Positions 10,179-18,656 of a stretch of 64,000 nucleotides of DNA are shown here, in pieces. Origin of the DNA: an uncultured Armatimonadetes bacterium (lineage in GTDB: Bacteria; Armatimonadota; UBA5829; DTJY01). Under the pieces are notes generated by a model that was not told where the DNA came from, did not search any database, and saw nothing but the letters and a program-made list of their open reading frames with translations. The position numbers and the translations under genes are program-made. Where the stretch lies: positions 480,001-544,000 of the forward strand of contig OY970325.1 in assembly GCA_963717145.1 (NCBI GenBank), in the 5' to 3' direction. Numbering within the stretch: the first letter of the stretch is position 1; every line of letters begins with the position of its first letter.

Positions 10179-10208
10179 TAGCCAAACCCATAAGGGGGTT
10201 CAGTTCAC

Positions 10209-10907
10209 ATGCCCTATCTAGGGGATTACCTGGGTCAGCTTCTGGCAGAGATCTCGATGGCGCGAATGCAGGCCGATCTGGAGACGGTTCGCTTGGCGGA
10301 GTTGTATGCCTCGCACCCGCTCCTCCGCACGATGCCTGTGCCGCACGTCAGGCTGCCTGAAGTCAACATGGAGATTCCAGTCCTGATCAAGGCCTCAGAG
10401 GAGCCCCGCGCCGGTGAATCGGCGCGGGGCGGGGCCGCGCCCTCTGACTTGCGCAAGAAGTTCGACGAGGTGCTCGATGCGCATCTGTCAAAGGCGAGTG
10501 TCACACTGTCGCAGGCTGATCGCAAGAAGTTGGGCGCGGCTCTCGACGAGCGTCTCACTCCAACGGGGATACCGGCGGAGATCGCTGTCGATGTCAATCG
10601 CCTGGCGGACGAGTTCGCTTCAACAGCGCTCCGCGTCGTCCGAGAACTCAAACCACGGCCGACCAGGGGTGAGCCGACCGTTGCGCCGGAGATAGCGGCC
10701 GAGCTCAAGGAGAGTGTGCGACGAGAGTTCCTGAAACTCCGCACGGCGCCTCCGCGTCTCACCGTGCTGGTGACGAGCGCCGAGATACGGGAAGCCGGAA
10801 CTGCGGAGAACACAACACGTCTCACCCTCAAAGTATCGGAGCAGGGAGTCGAATGGACTTCAGTTGAAGCCGACGGCGTCCGACTCGATCGTCTAGTGCC
10901 AGAGTAG
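10209..10907 (+). CDS. Uncharacterised protein, probable DUF2589 partner
   Basis: Co-oriented 30 bp downstream; amphipathic N-terminal helix then P.P..R...V.MEIPV strand. Confidence 0.75.
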   Translation: MPYLGDYLGQLLAEISMARMQADLETVRLAELYASHPLLRTMPVPHVRLPEVNMEIPVLIKASEEPRAGESARGGAAPSDLRKKFDEVLDAHLSKASVTLSQADRKKLGAALDERLTPTGIPAEIAVDVNRLADEFASTALRVVRELKPRPTRGEPTVAPEIAAELKESVRREFLKLRTAPPRLTVLVTSAEIREAGTAENTTRLTLKVSEQGVEWTSVEADGVRLDRLVPE

Positions 10908-10913
10908 TTATAT

Positions 10914-11487
10914 ATGCTGCGCCTAATGCAGATCGAGGAGATCAACAACCTGATGCTCCTGCTGCCGGATCTGGTCCGGCAGCAGGAGCATCGTTCGACT
11001 GATTTCCCGGCGAAGGCCGGTGAATGGCTGGCCGAGTTGGAGAGAGTCTGCGAGGAGTGCCGGCTCCATCATGCCGGGAGCGTCTCCATGCTGCGAAGTA
11101 GCCTGGTTGCGGCGGAGCACGGGCAACTGCCGCCTGGGATTGAGTTTCGCGGACATGCAAGCCGGTCGAAAGTACCTGAACGCGGCGGCATCCCAGGCCC
11201 TTCAGCGCGCAGCAGAACTGGCGTCGGCTCTAATAGCGGAGAACCGGCCGCGTCTTGCGGAAGCCGAGCGGGTGGTCCAGCAGGTTGTCGCCGTAGCCTT
11301 GTCGCGGGAATTGATAGCCGCCCGGGACGAGGCGATGACCGGCACGGACTATCTCGTGATGGTCCGGAAGAACCTCTCAGCGTCCAGCGATCTGGACAGC
11401 GCCTTTGTCGCCCTCGAAGGCCTGGTCGGACCTACCGATGCGCTGGTCCTCCTGGATCGGGCGCTGTCACCTTATTTCGGCGCTTGA
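10914..11487 (+). pseudogene. Helical hypothetical protein split by a +1 frameshift near 11170
   Basis: Frame MLRLMQIEE...HASRSK continues as (K)YLNAAASQALQRAAEL...SPYFGA in the next frame. Confidence 0.65.
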
Positions 11488-11554
11488 TTGGCAATGGACG
11501 ACCGGAGGTCTACTACTTCAGGCAAGCAAGAGCCAAGGACAAGGGGATACACAC

Positions 11555-12118
11555 ATGGCAGGATCCAACCTCAGCGGAAAAGATTGGTGGCGCGCGAACC
11601 AGGCGCGCTATCCGAACAGCCAGGATATCGACGATCTTGAGCCCGGCTTTCGGTCGAACGTCGAAGTCTTTATCGGCTCGTTGAGAGATGCCGGGGCGAC
11701 GGTCAGGGTCACGAGCACACGCAGGAACGCAACCCGTGCGTTCCTGATGCACTATAGCTGGAGGTTGGCCTACGGCGACATAGATCCTGGAGATATTCCC
11801 AAGCGCGCCGGGCTCGACATCGAGTGGGACCATGGCGATCTCGACAGGTCACGGCAGGCGGCAAAGGAAATGGTGAACCTCTTCGGCATGGTGCAGATTG
11901 CCTCGCTCACCTCGAACCACATCCGTGGGAAGGCGATCGACATGAACATCTCTTGGAAGGATACCCTCGTGCTGACGCGGCCATCACCTCTTCTCGCCAG
12001 GATCGAGAGCAGTCCGCGCACGGGACAGAATCGCGAGTTGCATGAGATCGCCGCCACGACGTTCAGTGTGCGCAAACTGGTGTCTGACCCGCCGCATTGG
12101 TCATACAACGGGCGGTAG
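11555..12118 (+). CDS. M15-family (LAS) peptidoglycan peptidase-like protein
   Basis: TSTRR, SNHIRGKAID (SxHxxGxAxD) and DPPHWS Zn-ligand motifs. Confidence 0.7.
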   Translation: MAGSNLSGKDWWRANQARYPNSQDIDDLEPGFRSNVEVFIGSLRDAGATVRVTSTRRNATRAFLMHYSWRLAYGDIDPGDIPKRAGLDIEWDHGDLDRSRQAAKEMVNLFGMVQIASLTSNHIRGKAIDMNISWKDTLVLTRPSPLLARIESSPRTGQNRELHEIAATTFSVRKLVSDPPHWSYNGR

Positions 12119-12126
12119 GCGAGCAC

Positions 12127-15096
12127 CTACCGCCACTCCATCTCGCGGGTGATATCCGTCTCGCCGCCGGGCCAGGTGAGATGCGCCTTGATCCTCATGG
12201 TTTGCCCGTCCGGTCGGCTCGGCGTCGGGTAGAACAACTCGAACGCGGTGTATCCATTCCCCGCATCGTGTGACGGCAACTGCCCCCAGCCGGGGAGCGC
12301 GTCCTGGGGAAGCTCGATCTGAAGCTTCACGTCCGCCTCACCCGCGATATCCCGGTCGTACTCCAGCTTCGAATAGACATGCAGGTACGGCCCGACGAAG
12401 TGCGGCTGCGGGTTGTCCCACACCATTCGCGCCTGCAGGTTCAGGCCGAGCAGCGTGGCGGTCATCTTGCTTAGCTCCTCAGGCTCGAACTGCACGCCCG
12501 CGATCACCTGTGTGGCGTCCAGGCAGGTCGCGTTCTTGTCGGGGATGACCCGCGTGGAGTCGAACGGATGGGTGACGCATGCCTTCAATACCCGCTCCGT
12601 CATCGCCCTCAGGTCGGGAGGGTTCGACGCGATTCCTCTCGGATGCGCGACGAGTGCGTCCAACTGCATCTCGACTTCCTCCGTCTCCCGAATGACCCAG
12701 GGCGGCTTGGCGTGCTCCCTGCCGGTGAGCGCGATGGCATACTTCAGCTTCTGGTCGAGCTTCACCGACCTGATGCGGTCTCGGAACTCCATGACCTGCT
12801 GGAGCGCGAGGGCATCGGCGAACGTTCCCGCGCCGTCGAGCGTGATGACCGCTTCCTTCCCGGTTGACAGCGGCTCGAGGAGATGAATGGTGGTGATGCG
12901 CGTCTTGGCGTCCCAACTCCATCCCTGGCGCGGATCATCGGGGCGGCGTTCCTCCATCTCTTTGCCGTTGAGCTTCACCGCGTCGGGCCGGAGCAACCCG
13001 TGGATGCGGATATCATAGCGGCGGCTTGCGGGTTGACCCTTGTACTTCCCCACGGTTGGCCCGATCTTGAGGGTGGCAACTCCCTCTCCGTTGCGGGGAG
13101 GGTTGGGGTGGGGTCTTCCGGGGAATGGTGGTCCTCCATCCGTCACCGGAAGACCCCACCCCAACCCTCCCCGCAACGGAGAGGGGGTTACCTCGAACGG
13201 CGTCCATGCCGAACCGTTCTTGCGGTAGTCGAGGGATTCGCCGTCATCCTCATACAGACGGAAGCTGCTCGCCTTGTCGGATGCATATACATCCAGCGAC
13301 AATGAGTCCGGCTGCGTTCCTGAGGGAATGATCGCACCCGCGCGGACGAAGAGCGGCATCCTCTCCAGCGGGCATTCATAGGCGATGACCTGTCCGCCGG
13401 GAGAAATCCGGCCGGTGAAGTAGTCGAACCACGAATCGCCCTCGGGGAGATAGACGTCCTTGAGCGCGGGCTTGCCGTGCGCGTCCTCCGTTATCGGCGA
13501 CACGAGTATATCCCGGCCGAACATGTACTGCTTATCCGCGAAGGTATACGCCTGCTCCTGATCGGGGTAGTCGAGATACATTCCCCGCACGAGCGGCATG
13601 CCGGTGTCGTGGGCGATGCGCGCATAGGTGTAGGAGTAGGGGATCAGACTCTCGCGCAGCCTCATGAACTCCGCGGCGATGTTCATGCCATCTGCGCCGT
13701 ATTCCCACGGCAGTCGTAGTCCCCAGAGGCCGTGGAACCAGAATATCGGGCTGAACGATCCGAACTGCATCCACCGCGTATACAGCTCGGGATCGATGGA
13801 GAGTCCGTAGACCGCGTTGGTGAGGTTGGCGGGATACGCCACCAGTTGATTGCCCGCGCGGACGTTGAAGGGGATGAGCATCTCCAACGCCTTCCATTCC
13901 GGCACCAGGTCGCCGGAGAAGAACGCTCCACTGCGATGCGAGCCCCATGCCCCGAGCCTGCAGAAGACGTATGGCCGCTTGCCGGTGATCTCCTCGGTGC
14001 CCTTGTACTCGATCTCGCGAGTCCACATCATCGGCTCGAGCCCGTCCATGTTCGCGGGGGCGCATCCGTCCTGCCACCAGAACGCCATGCCCATATCGAG
14101 CGCCGGCTTGTGGAGGAGGTCCATGAAGAGCCCGGCGTACTTCTTGCTCGCCAGGTCGTGGGCGATCTCCTTGGTATCCGCCGGCAGGCCCATCTCCTTG
14201 CGGATGGTCTCGAAGTTGTGGTCGCTCTCCGGTGTCAATGCCGCGTAGTGCTCGTTGAGGCTGACGTGGATATCCCGCTCGTTCATCCACTTGAAGAACT
14301 CCTCGGGATCCGGCATCTGCTCCCGGTCCCAGTCGTAGCCCGACCAGACGACGTCGGTCCACGAGCAGGAGTCGATGATGAACACATCGAGCGGGATCTG
14401 TTCCTCCGCAAACCGCTCGGCGATCATCTTCCACTGCTGGGCGGAATACGCGGCGCGTGAGCCGAACCAAATGCCGAGAGTGTATCGCGGGACCATCGGG
14501 ATCGGCCCGGTGAGCTTCATGAGGGAGTTCAGCGCGCCTGCGTAGTCGCGTCCGTAGAGCAGGAAGTACCAGTCCTGGCTGTCCTTCTCCGGTCGCGGCT
14601 CGACCCATTCGGTCGCCTTGTTCCAGAGCGCGGTGCGGCTGTCGTCGAGGAGGTAGTATCCGTTGCGGCTGAGCGGTCCCGGATCAGCGACGGGAACCGT
14701 CCGGTGGGCGATGTCTCCCGGCACTCCGCCGAGGTTCCGCTCATCCTTGTCACCGGGCTTCCATGCGCCATCCGTCCACTCGATCAGGAGGTTCTCCGCG
14801 GTGAACGGGCCTGAGCCTTCTTTGTAGCGGAGGGAGAGCTTGCTGGTCTTGATGTTCCGCCAGCCGTCCTTGACCTCTGACTCGAACGCGCACTCCGGCC
14901 ATGAGTCGCGCCCGGTCACCGCGACGCTCGGGACATCGACGAACTTGGCCGCGGACCCATACTCCATCCGGATGATGTCCGGCGCGATGACGGAAAAGCG
15001 CACGTTTCCAGTCACGAGCGATCGTACCGACGCGGAACAACAGCCGGGAGCGACCAACAGAGCGATCGCGCTACCCAGGAGTAGATATCTCAGCAT
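12127..15096 (-). CDS. Secreted glycoside hydrolase family 31
   Basis: GPIPMVPRYTLG, IPLDVFIID, FWWQDG, FSGD, ELYTRWMQFG, MPLVRGM, QYMFG, LERMPLFVRAG; signal peptide MLRYLLLG with GGAGGA RBS. Confidence 0.9.
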   Translation of the reverse strand: MLRYLLLGSAIALLVAPGCCSASVRSLVTGNVRFSVIAPDIIRMEYGSAAKFVDVPSVAVTGRDSWPECAFESEVKDGWRNIKTSKLSLRYKEGSGPFTAENLLIEWTDGAWKPGDKDERNLGGVPGDIAHRTVPVADPGPLSRNGYYLLDDSRTALWNKATEWVEPRPEKDSQDWYFLLYGRDYAGALNSLMKLTGPIPMVPRYTLGIWFGSRAAYSAQQWKMIAERFAEEQIPLDVFIIDSCSWTDVVWSGYDWDREQMPDPEEFFKWMNERDIHVSLNEHYAALTPESDHNFETIRKEMGLPADTKEIAHDLASKKYAGLFMDLLHKPALDMGMAFWWQDGCAPANMDGLEPMMWTREIEYKGTEEITGKRPYVFCRLGAWGSHRSGAFFSGDLVPEWKALEMLIPFNVRAGNQLVAYPANLTNAVYGLSIDPELYTRWMQFGSFSPIFWFHGLWGLRLPWEYGADGMNIAAEFMRLRESLIPYSYTYARIAHDTGMPLVRGMYLDYPDQEQAYTFADKQYMFGRDILVSPITEDAHGKPALKDVYLPEGDSWFDYFTGRISPGGQVIAYECPLERMPLFVRAGAIIPSGTQPDSLSLDVYASDKASSFRLYEDDGESLDYRKNGSAWTPFEVTPSPLRGGLGWGLPVTDGGPPFPGRPHPNPPRNGEGVATLKIGPTVGKYKGQPASRRYDIRIHGLLRPDAVKLNGKEMEERRPDDPRQGWSWDAKTRITTIHLLEPLSTGKEAVITLDGAGTFADALALQQVMEFRDRIRSVKLDQKLKYAIALTGREHAKPPWVIRETEEVEMQLDALVAHPRGIASNPPDLRAMTERVLKACVTHPFDSTRVIPDKNATCLDATQVIAGVQFEPEELSKMTATLLGLNLQARMVWDNPQPHFVGPYLHVYSKLEYDRDIAGEADVKLQIELPQDALPGWGQLPSHDAGNGYTAFELFYPTPSRPDGQTMRIKAHLTWPGGETDITREMEWR
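13078..13189. repeat. REP-like palindrome (CCCCACCCCAACCCTCCCC family) inserted in-frame in GH31
   Basis: About 44-bp inverted arms; encodes TPSPLRGGLGWGLP...GRPHPNPPRNGEGV; same family at 45961-46053. Confidence 0.9.
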
Positions 15097-15289
15097 TGTG
15101 TCCTCCATCTTGTCTGCGCCCCTCCTTACGAAGGAGCATTGGCGGTCTGCCTGGCGATCTTGGCGTCTTGGCGGTTCCATGTCGGGCACGCCGTGCAGAA
15201 ACCCCCTCGGCCCAGAGGCCGGTCCCCCTTCGTAAAGGGGACATCTCCGCGCAATACTAGCAATGGGTCCGGGGCAGTGTCAAGCACGG

Positions 15290-15317
15290 GCAACAAATCG
15301 GGCGTCAGAGCCGTCTA
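15290..15317 (+). promoter_or_regulatory. Possible ECF-sigma promoter
   Basis: GCAAC-17 bp-CGTCTA just upstream of 15340. Confidence 0.35.
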
Positions 15318-15339
15318 ATGTTCGGAAAGGGGATATTCT

Positions 15340-16233
15340 ATGAACAAACGACTGATACTCATTCCTATCGTCATCATCCTCGCGGGCGTCCTGGGATACG
15401 CCGCGGTCTCGTACCATTCGAGTCATGCTCAGCCGGTGACACAGGAGCCGGCGGCGTCCAAGCAGATGGCAGCGGGGGAGCCGTCGCCGGGTGATCGTCA
15501 GGGGGGGCCGATGTCCATGAACCCCGAGGCCGTTCCCAAGGCGGATGAAGGCAAGGGGAAGCCCTCCAAGATGAAGCCGAACGACGGCCAGAAGAAGGCT
15601 CAGAAGGGGAAGCCGGGCCAGGATGCTTCCGCATTCCGTCAGCAGCACAAGCAGATGTTCGGGCTCATGAATACCTTCCTCGCCCTGGCTGCCATAGAGC
15701 GAGGCGGGAAGAGCACGCTCACTCCTGTTCAGGCAAAGCAGGTCCTGAGCATTATGACCCCACTGAAGGCTCAGCCAAAGCTCACCGAGGCGGAGGCGGG
15801 GAAGACTCTCGCCAGGCTGAACAAGATTCTCACCGCCGATCAGTTGAAGGCCATGTCGGCGTTCAAGTCCCCGGGCAGGAACGGGCAGAAGCCGGATCAG
15901 CGGCAGCACGCCGGTCCGCCTCCGGGAGCGACCGGACAGAGACCACCGCAGGGCGCGCCGCCTCCCGGTCAGGATGGAATGCGCCGGCAGGGACCTCCTC
16001 CCGGTTCGCCTCCGAGGGTCGCCGGGCAGAAGCCTCCTCAGGGCGCGCCGCCTTCCGGTTCGCCGCCTCGAGTGCCCGGTCAGCAGCAGGGACCACAGTT
16101 CGATCCGGCAGCGATGAATGATTTCAACCCGTTCTACACCGGAGCACCGACCGGCGGAGGAGCGGGTCCGGCGATGGGCAAGCGCATGGAACGGTTCTTC
16201 GATGCATTGAAGAAGAAGGCCGGAGTATCTTAG
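15340..16233 (+). CDS. Exported Pro/Gln/Gly-rich protein (Spy/CpxP-like LTxxQ motifs)
   Basis: N-terminal TM/signal, LTPVQAK and ILTADQLK, QRPPQGAPP repeats. Confidence 0.75.
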   Translation: MNKRLILIPIVIILAGVLGYAAVSYHSSHAQPVTQEPAASKQMAAGEPSPGDRQGGPMSMNPEAVPKADEGKGKPSKMKPNDGQKKAQKGKPGQDASAFRQQHKQMFGLMNTFLALAAIERGGKSTLTPVQAKQVLSIMTPLKAQPKLTEAEAGKTLARLNKILTADQLKAMSAFKSPGRNGQKPDQRQHAGPPPGATGQRPPQGAPPPGQDGMRRQGPPPGSPPRVAGQKPPQGAPPSGSPPRVPGQQQGPQFDPAAMNDFNPFYTGAPTGGGAGPAMGKRMERFFDALKKKAGVS

Positions 16234-16767
16234 CTAGAACTCGACGCTGATCGCCATCGGGCTCGAGGTGGAGTCTGCGTGGTGATGAGTGAACTGCTTC
16301 GCGATGAAATAGCCAATCAGCGCGCCGGCGATGACTTGATCCCATTCGTGGGCATGTACTTCGATCCGGGAATAGCCGATCGCCGCTGCGGTACCATAGG
16401 CCAGCAGCGAGAGATCCGGCTGGTACGCCGCCACACAAGTCGCCATCGCAAAGGCGGCTGACGTATGCCCGCTGGGAAAGCTGTCGTAGGCGCCTCCGTC
16501 CGGACGCTTCACGTGGGTGATGAACTTCAGCGCCTGTGTGACAACGCCGGTTACTGCGAGGGCCTTCGCGGCCTGAGTCGCCTCATGTCTTCCTTCGCGT
16601 CCATCCATCGCCAGCGTGAGTTCACTCACCGCCAGGTATGGCACTATGGAGTCGGACACGGCCCTCCAGGTCTTCTCGTCGCCGTCCGCTGGATCCGCGC
16701 ACCACGCCCGCGCCGACGCGAGGATGAGAACGATGATGAGGATCAGGTACTTGCCACGAATTGTCAC
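16234..16767 (-). CDS. PAP2-family phosphatase
   Basis: K...KRP, SFPSGH, SRIEVHAH...Q motifs; GTG start with GGAGGA RBS. Confidence 0.85.
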   Translation of the reverse strand: MTIRGKYLILIIVLILASARAWCADPADGDEKTWRAVSDSIVPYLAVSELTLAMDGREGRHEATQAAKALAVTGVVTQALKFITHVKRPDGGAYDSFPSGHTSAAFAMATCVAAYQPDLSLLAYGTAAAIGYSRIEVHAHEWDQVIAGALIGYFIAKQFTHHHADSTSSPMAISVEF

Positions 16768-16938
16768 GTCATCGTCCTCCAACCGCTCATTTTGCAGGTC
16801 GGACCTCCATCGATGAGTATATCACATCCCGGAGGTGCAGGCACGCCCATGACAGGAGTCCTGCAGGAATACCAGTGGCCTCGGAAGTACATGGTACACG
16901 GGGATCGGTTACCCCTCAAACACCAGGGAGGACGGCAC

Positions 16939-18597
16939 ATGAGATTCACCGACATTTTGCTGCTTATACTGCTGGCCGGAAGCCTGATCGGTTCCGCCGG
17001 CGCTGAGAAGATCTACCTGAACCCCAGCGATCAGATCCACAACATGAGTCCCGACGGTACATACTGCGAGGCCGACGGTATGAAGGATGTCGGACGGAAG
17101 CTCGAGGCCAAGCTCAAGGCGCGCGGCTTCGAAGTCCAAAACTCGGACGGCGGGACGATGAGGGAAGCGTGCGACGCGGCCAACGCCTGGCCCGCGGACA
17201 TCTTCATCTCCCTGCACTCCAACGCCGCCGGAAGCAAGAACTCGGGCAAAGCGCACGGGACCAACACGCTCTACTACTTCCCGCGCGACGGTCGGGAGCC
17301 GAACCCGATCAGTATCAAGCTCGCCCTGCTCTGCGATGAGAAGGTCGTCGAGAAGATGACCACCTACGGACGCGGGCACAACTTTGCCGTCACCGCTGAC
17401 TTTCCGTTTCTGCCCTATAACCTCTATGTGCTGCGCAGGACGAACATGCCCGGCACGCTTGTCGAGGGCCTCTTCCACGACAACGAGGAAGACACCGCCG
17501 TGCTCAAGACCGAAGAGGGCAGGGATGCCTACGCCCAGGGCGTCTACGAGGCGCTCTGCGACTACTTCGGAAAGAGTTACTATCCGGATGCGCCGATCCT
17601 CGATCCCGTCGGCCCGGTGGCGAATGACTCGACCGGCAACCTCGCCCTCGTGGTTCGTGGTGAGAAGGGGAATGCGACGCTCGTCCGCCAGACCGGCATC
17701 AACGCCAGGTGGTCCGCCCAGTCGATCGACCTGGAGGGCAACATCTCTGGCGAACCCGTGATTGCTCGGAACCCTCAGGGCCGCCTGCATGTATTCGCTC
17801 AGGGCCCCGGAGGCCGTGTCTGGCACAAGGTTCAGGCAAAGGTCGGGAGCGATCGGTGGAACGGCTGGTATGACCTGAGAGGCACTGCGTCGGGTGATCC
17901 TGTTGTTGCCAGGTATGCCGATGGACGGCTCGTCGTCTTCGCGGTAGGTTCGGACGGCCATCTGCGGTACAAGGCTCAGCGCTCCGTGAACAGCGGACTG
18001 CAATGGGATGAGTGGAACGATCTCGGCGGACAGGTGATCGGAAAGCCGTCGGTCTGCCGTGGAGCGGACGGGCAACTGGTCGTCGCCTGCAGAGCGCCCG
18101 AGAGAGGCCTGATCGTTGCCACCCAATCGGGTGATGAATGGACGGTTCGGAACGATCAGGATGACGTCGTGGCTGGCGATCCAGTCGCGGTGATGGATCG
18201 GATCTTCTGCCTCGGACCGGATGGGCATGTCCTGAGCAGGACGGGAGCGGCCTGGCAGGATCTCGGCGGATCGTTCGTCGGGAGCCCGGTGGTCGGCGTC
18301 GGTACGGACGGGGTGCTCGAGGTCTTTGCGCTCGATGGTCAGGGCGCGGTTTCGCATAGCTCGCAGGGATCGGATGGCTCATGGACGGGCTGGCAGTCCC
18401 TCGGCGGCACATTCAGCAGCACTCCGATCGTTGGCAGGAACCTGGACGGCCGCATCGAACTGCTCGCGCGCGCGTCTGACGGGAAGATGCAGTACCGAAT
18501 CCAGCGCGAGCCCGGGAAGAGCGCCATCTGGGACGGCTGGTACACGGTCGGCGAGTACTTCACCGCCACGGTGAGGGAATATCCTGCGGCTCAGTGA
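16939..18597 (+). CDS. N-acetylmuramoyl-L-alanine amidase (Amidase_3) with C-terminal lectin-like beta-propeller repeats
   Basis: FISLHSNA, LYVLR, LVEGLFHDN; W.DLGG / RNxDGRLELFA repeats; signal peptide. Confidence 0.85.
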   Translation: MRFTDILLLILLAGSLIGSAGAEKIYLNPSDQIHNMSPDGTYCEADGMKDVGRKLEAKLKARGFEVQNSDGGTMREACDAANAWPADIFISLHSNAAGSKNSGKAHGTNTLYYFPRDGREPNPISIKLALLCDEKVVEKMTTYGRGHNFAVTADFPFLPYNLYVLRRTNMPGTLVEGLFHDNEEDTAVLKTEEGRDAYAQGVYEALCDYFGKSYYPDAPILDPVGPVANDSTGNLALVVRGEKGNATLVRQTGINARWSAQSIDLEGNISGEPVIARNPQGRLHVFAQGPGGRVWHKVQAKVGSDRWNGWYDLRGTASGDPVVARYADGRLVVFAVGSDGHLRYKAQRSVNSGLQWDEWNDLGGQVIGKPSVCRGADGQLVVACRAPERGLIVATQSGDEWTVRNDQDDVVAGDPVAVMDRIFCLGPDGHVLSRTGAAWQDLGGSFVGSPVVGVGTDGVLEVFALDGQGAVSHSSQGSDGSWTGWQSLGGTFSSTPIVGRNLDGRIELLARASDGKMQYRIQREPGKSAIWDGWYTVGEYFTATVREYPAAQ

Positions 18598-18603
18598 GTG
18601 AGC

Positions 18604-18633
18604 GTTGGGGAGGGACTGCAGTCCCTCCCCAAC
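18604..18633. repeat. Perfect palindrome between convergent genes (REP-like / bidirectional terminator)
   Basis: GTTGGGGAGGGACTGCAGTCCCTCCCCAAC. Confidence 0.75.
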
Positions 18634-18656
18634 TTCGGTCATTCAGCAGCAAACGC

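Noticed and set aside
8966-12298. DGR template/variable repeat pair at the GH31 C-terminus
   Set aside because: Differences are not confined to adenines, the copy has a large deletion, and no reverse transcriptase is present.
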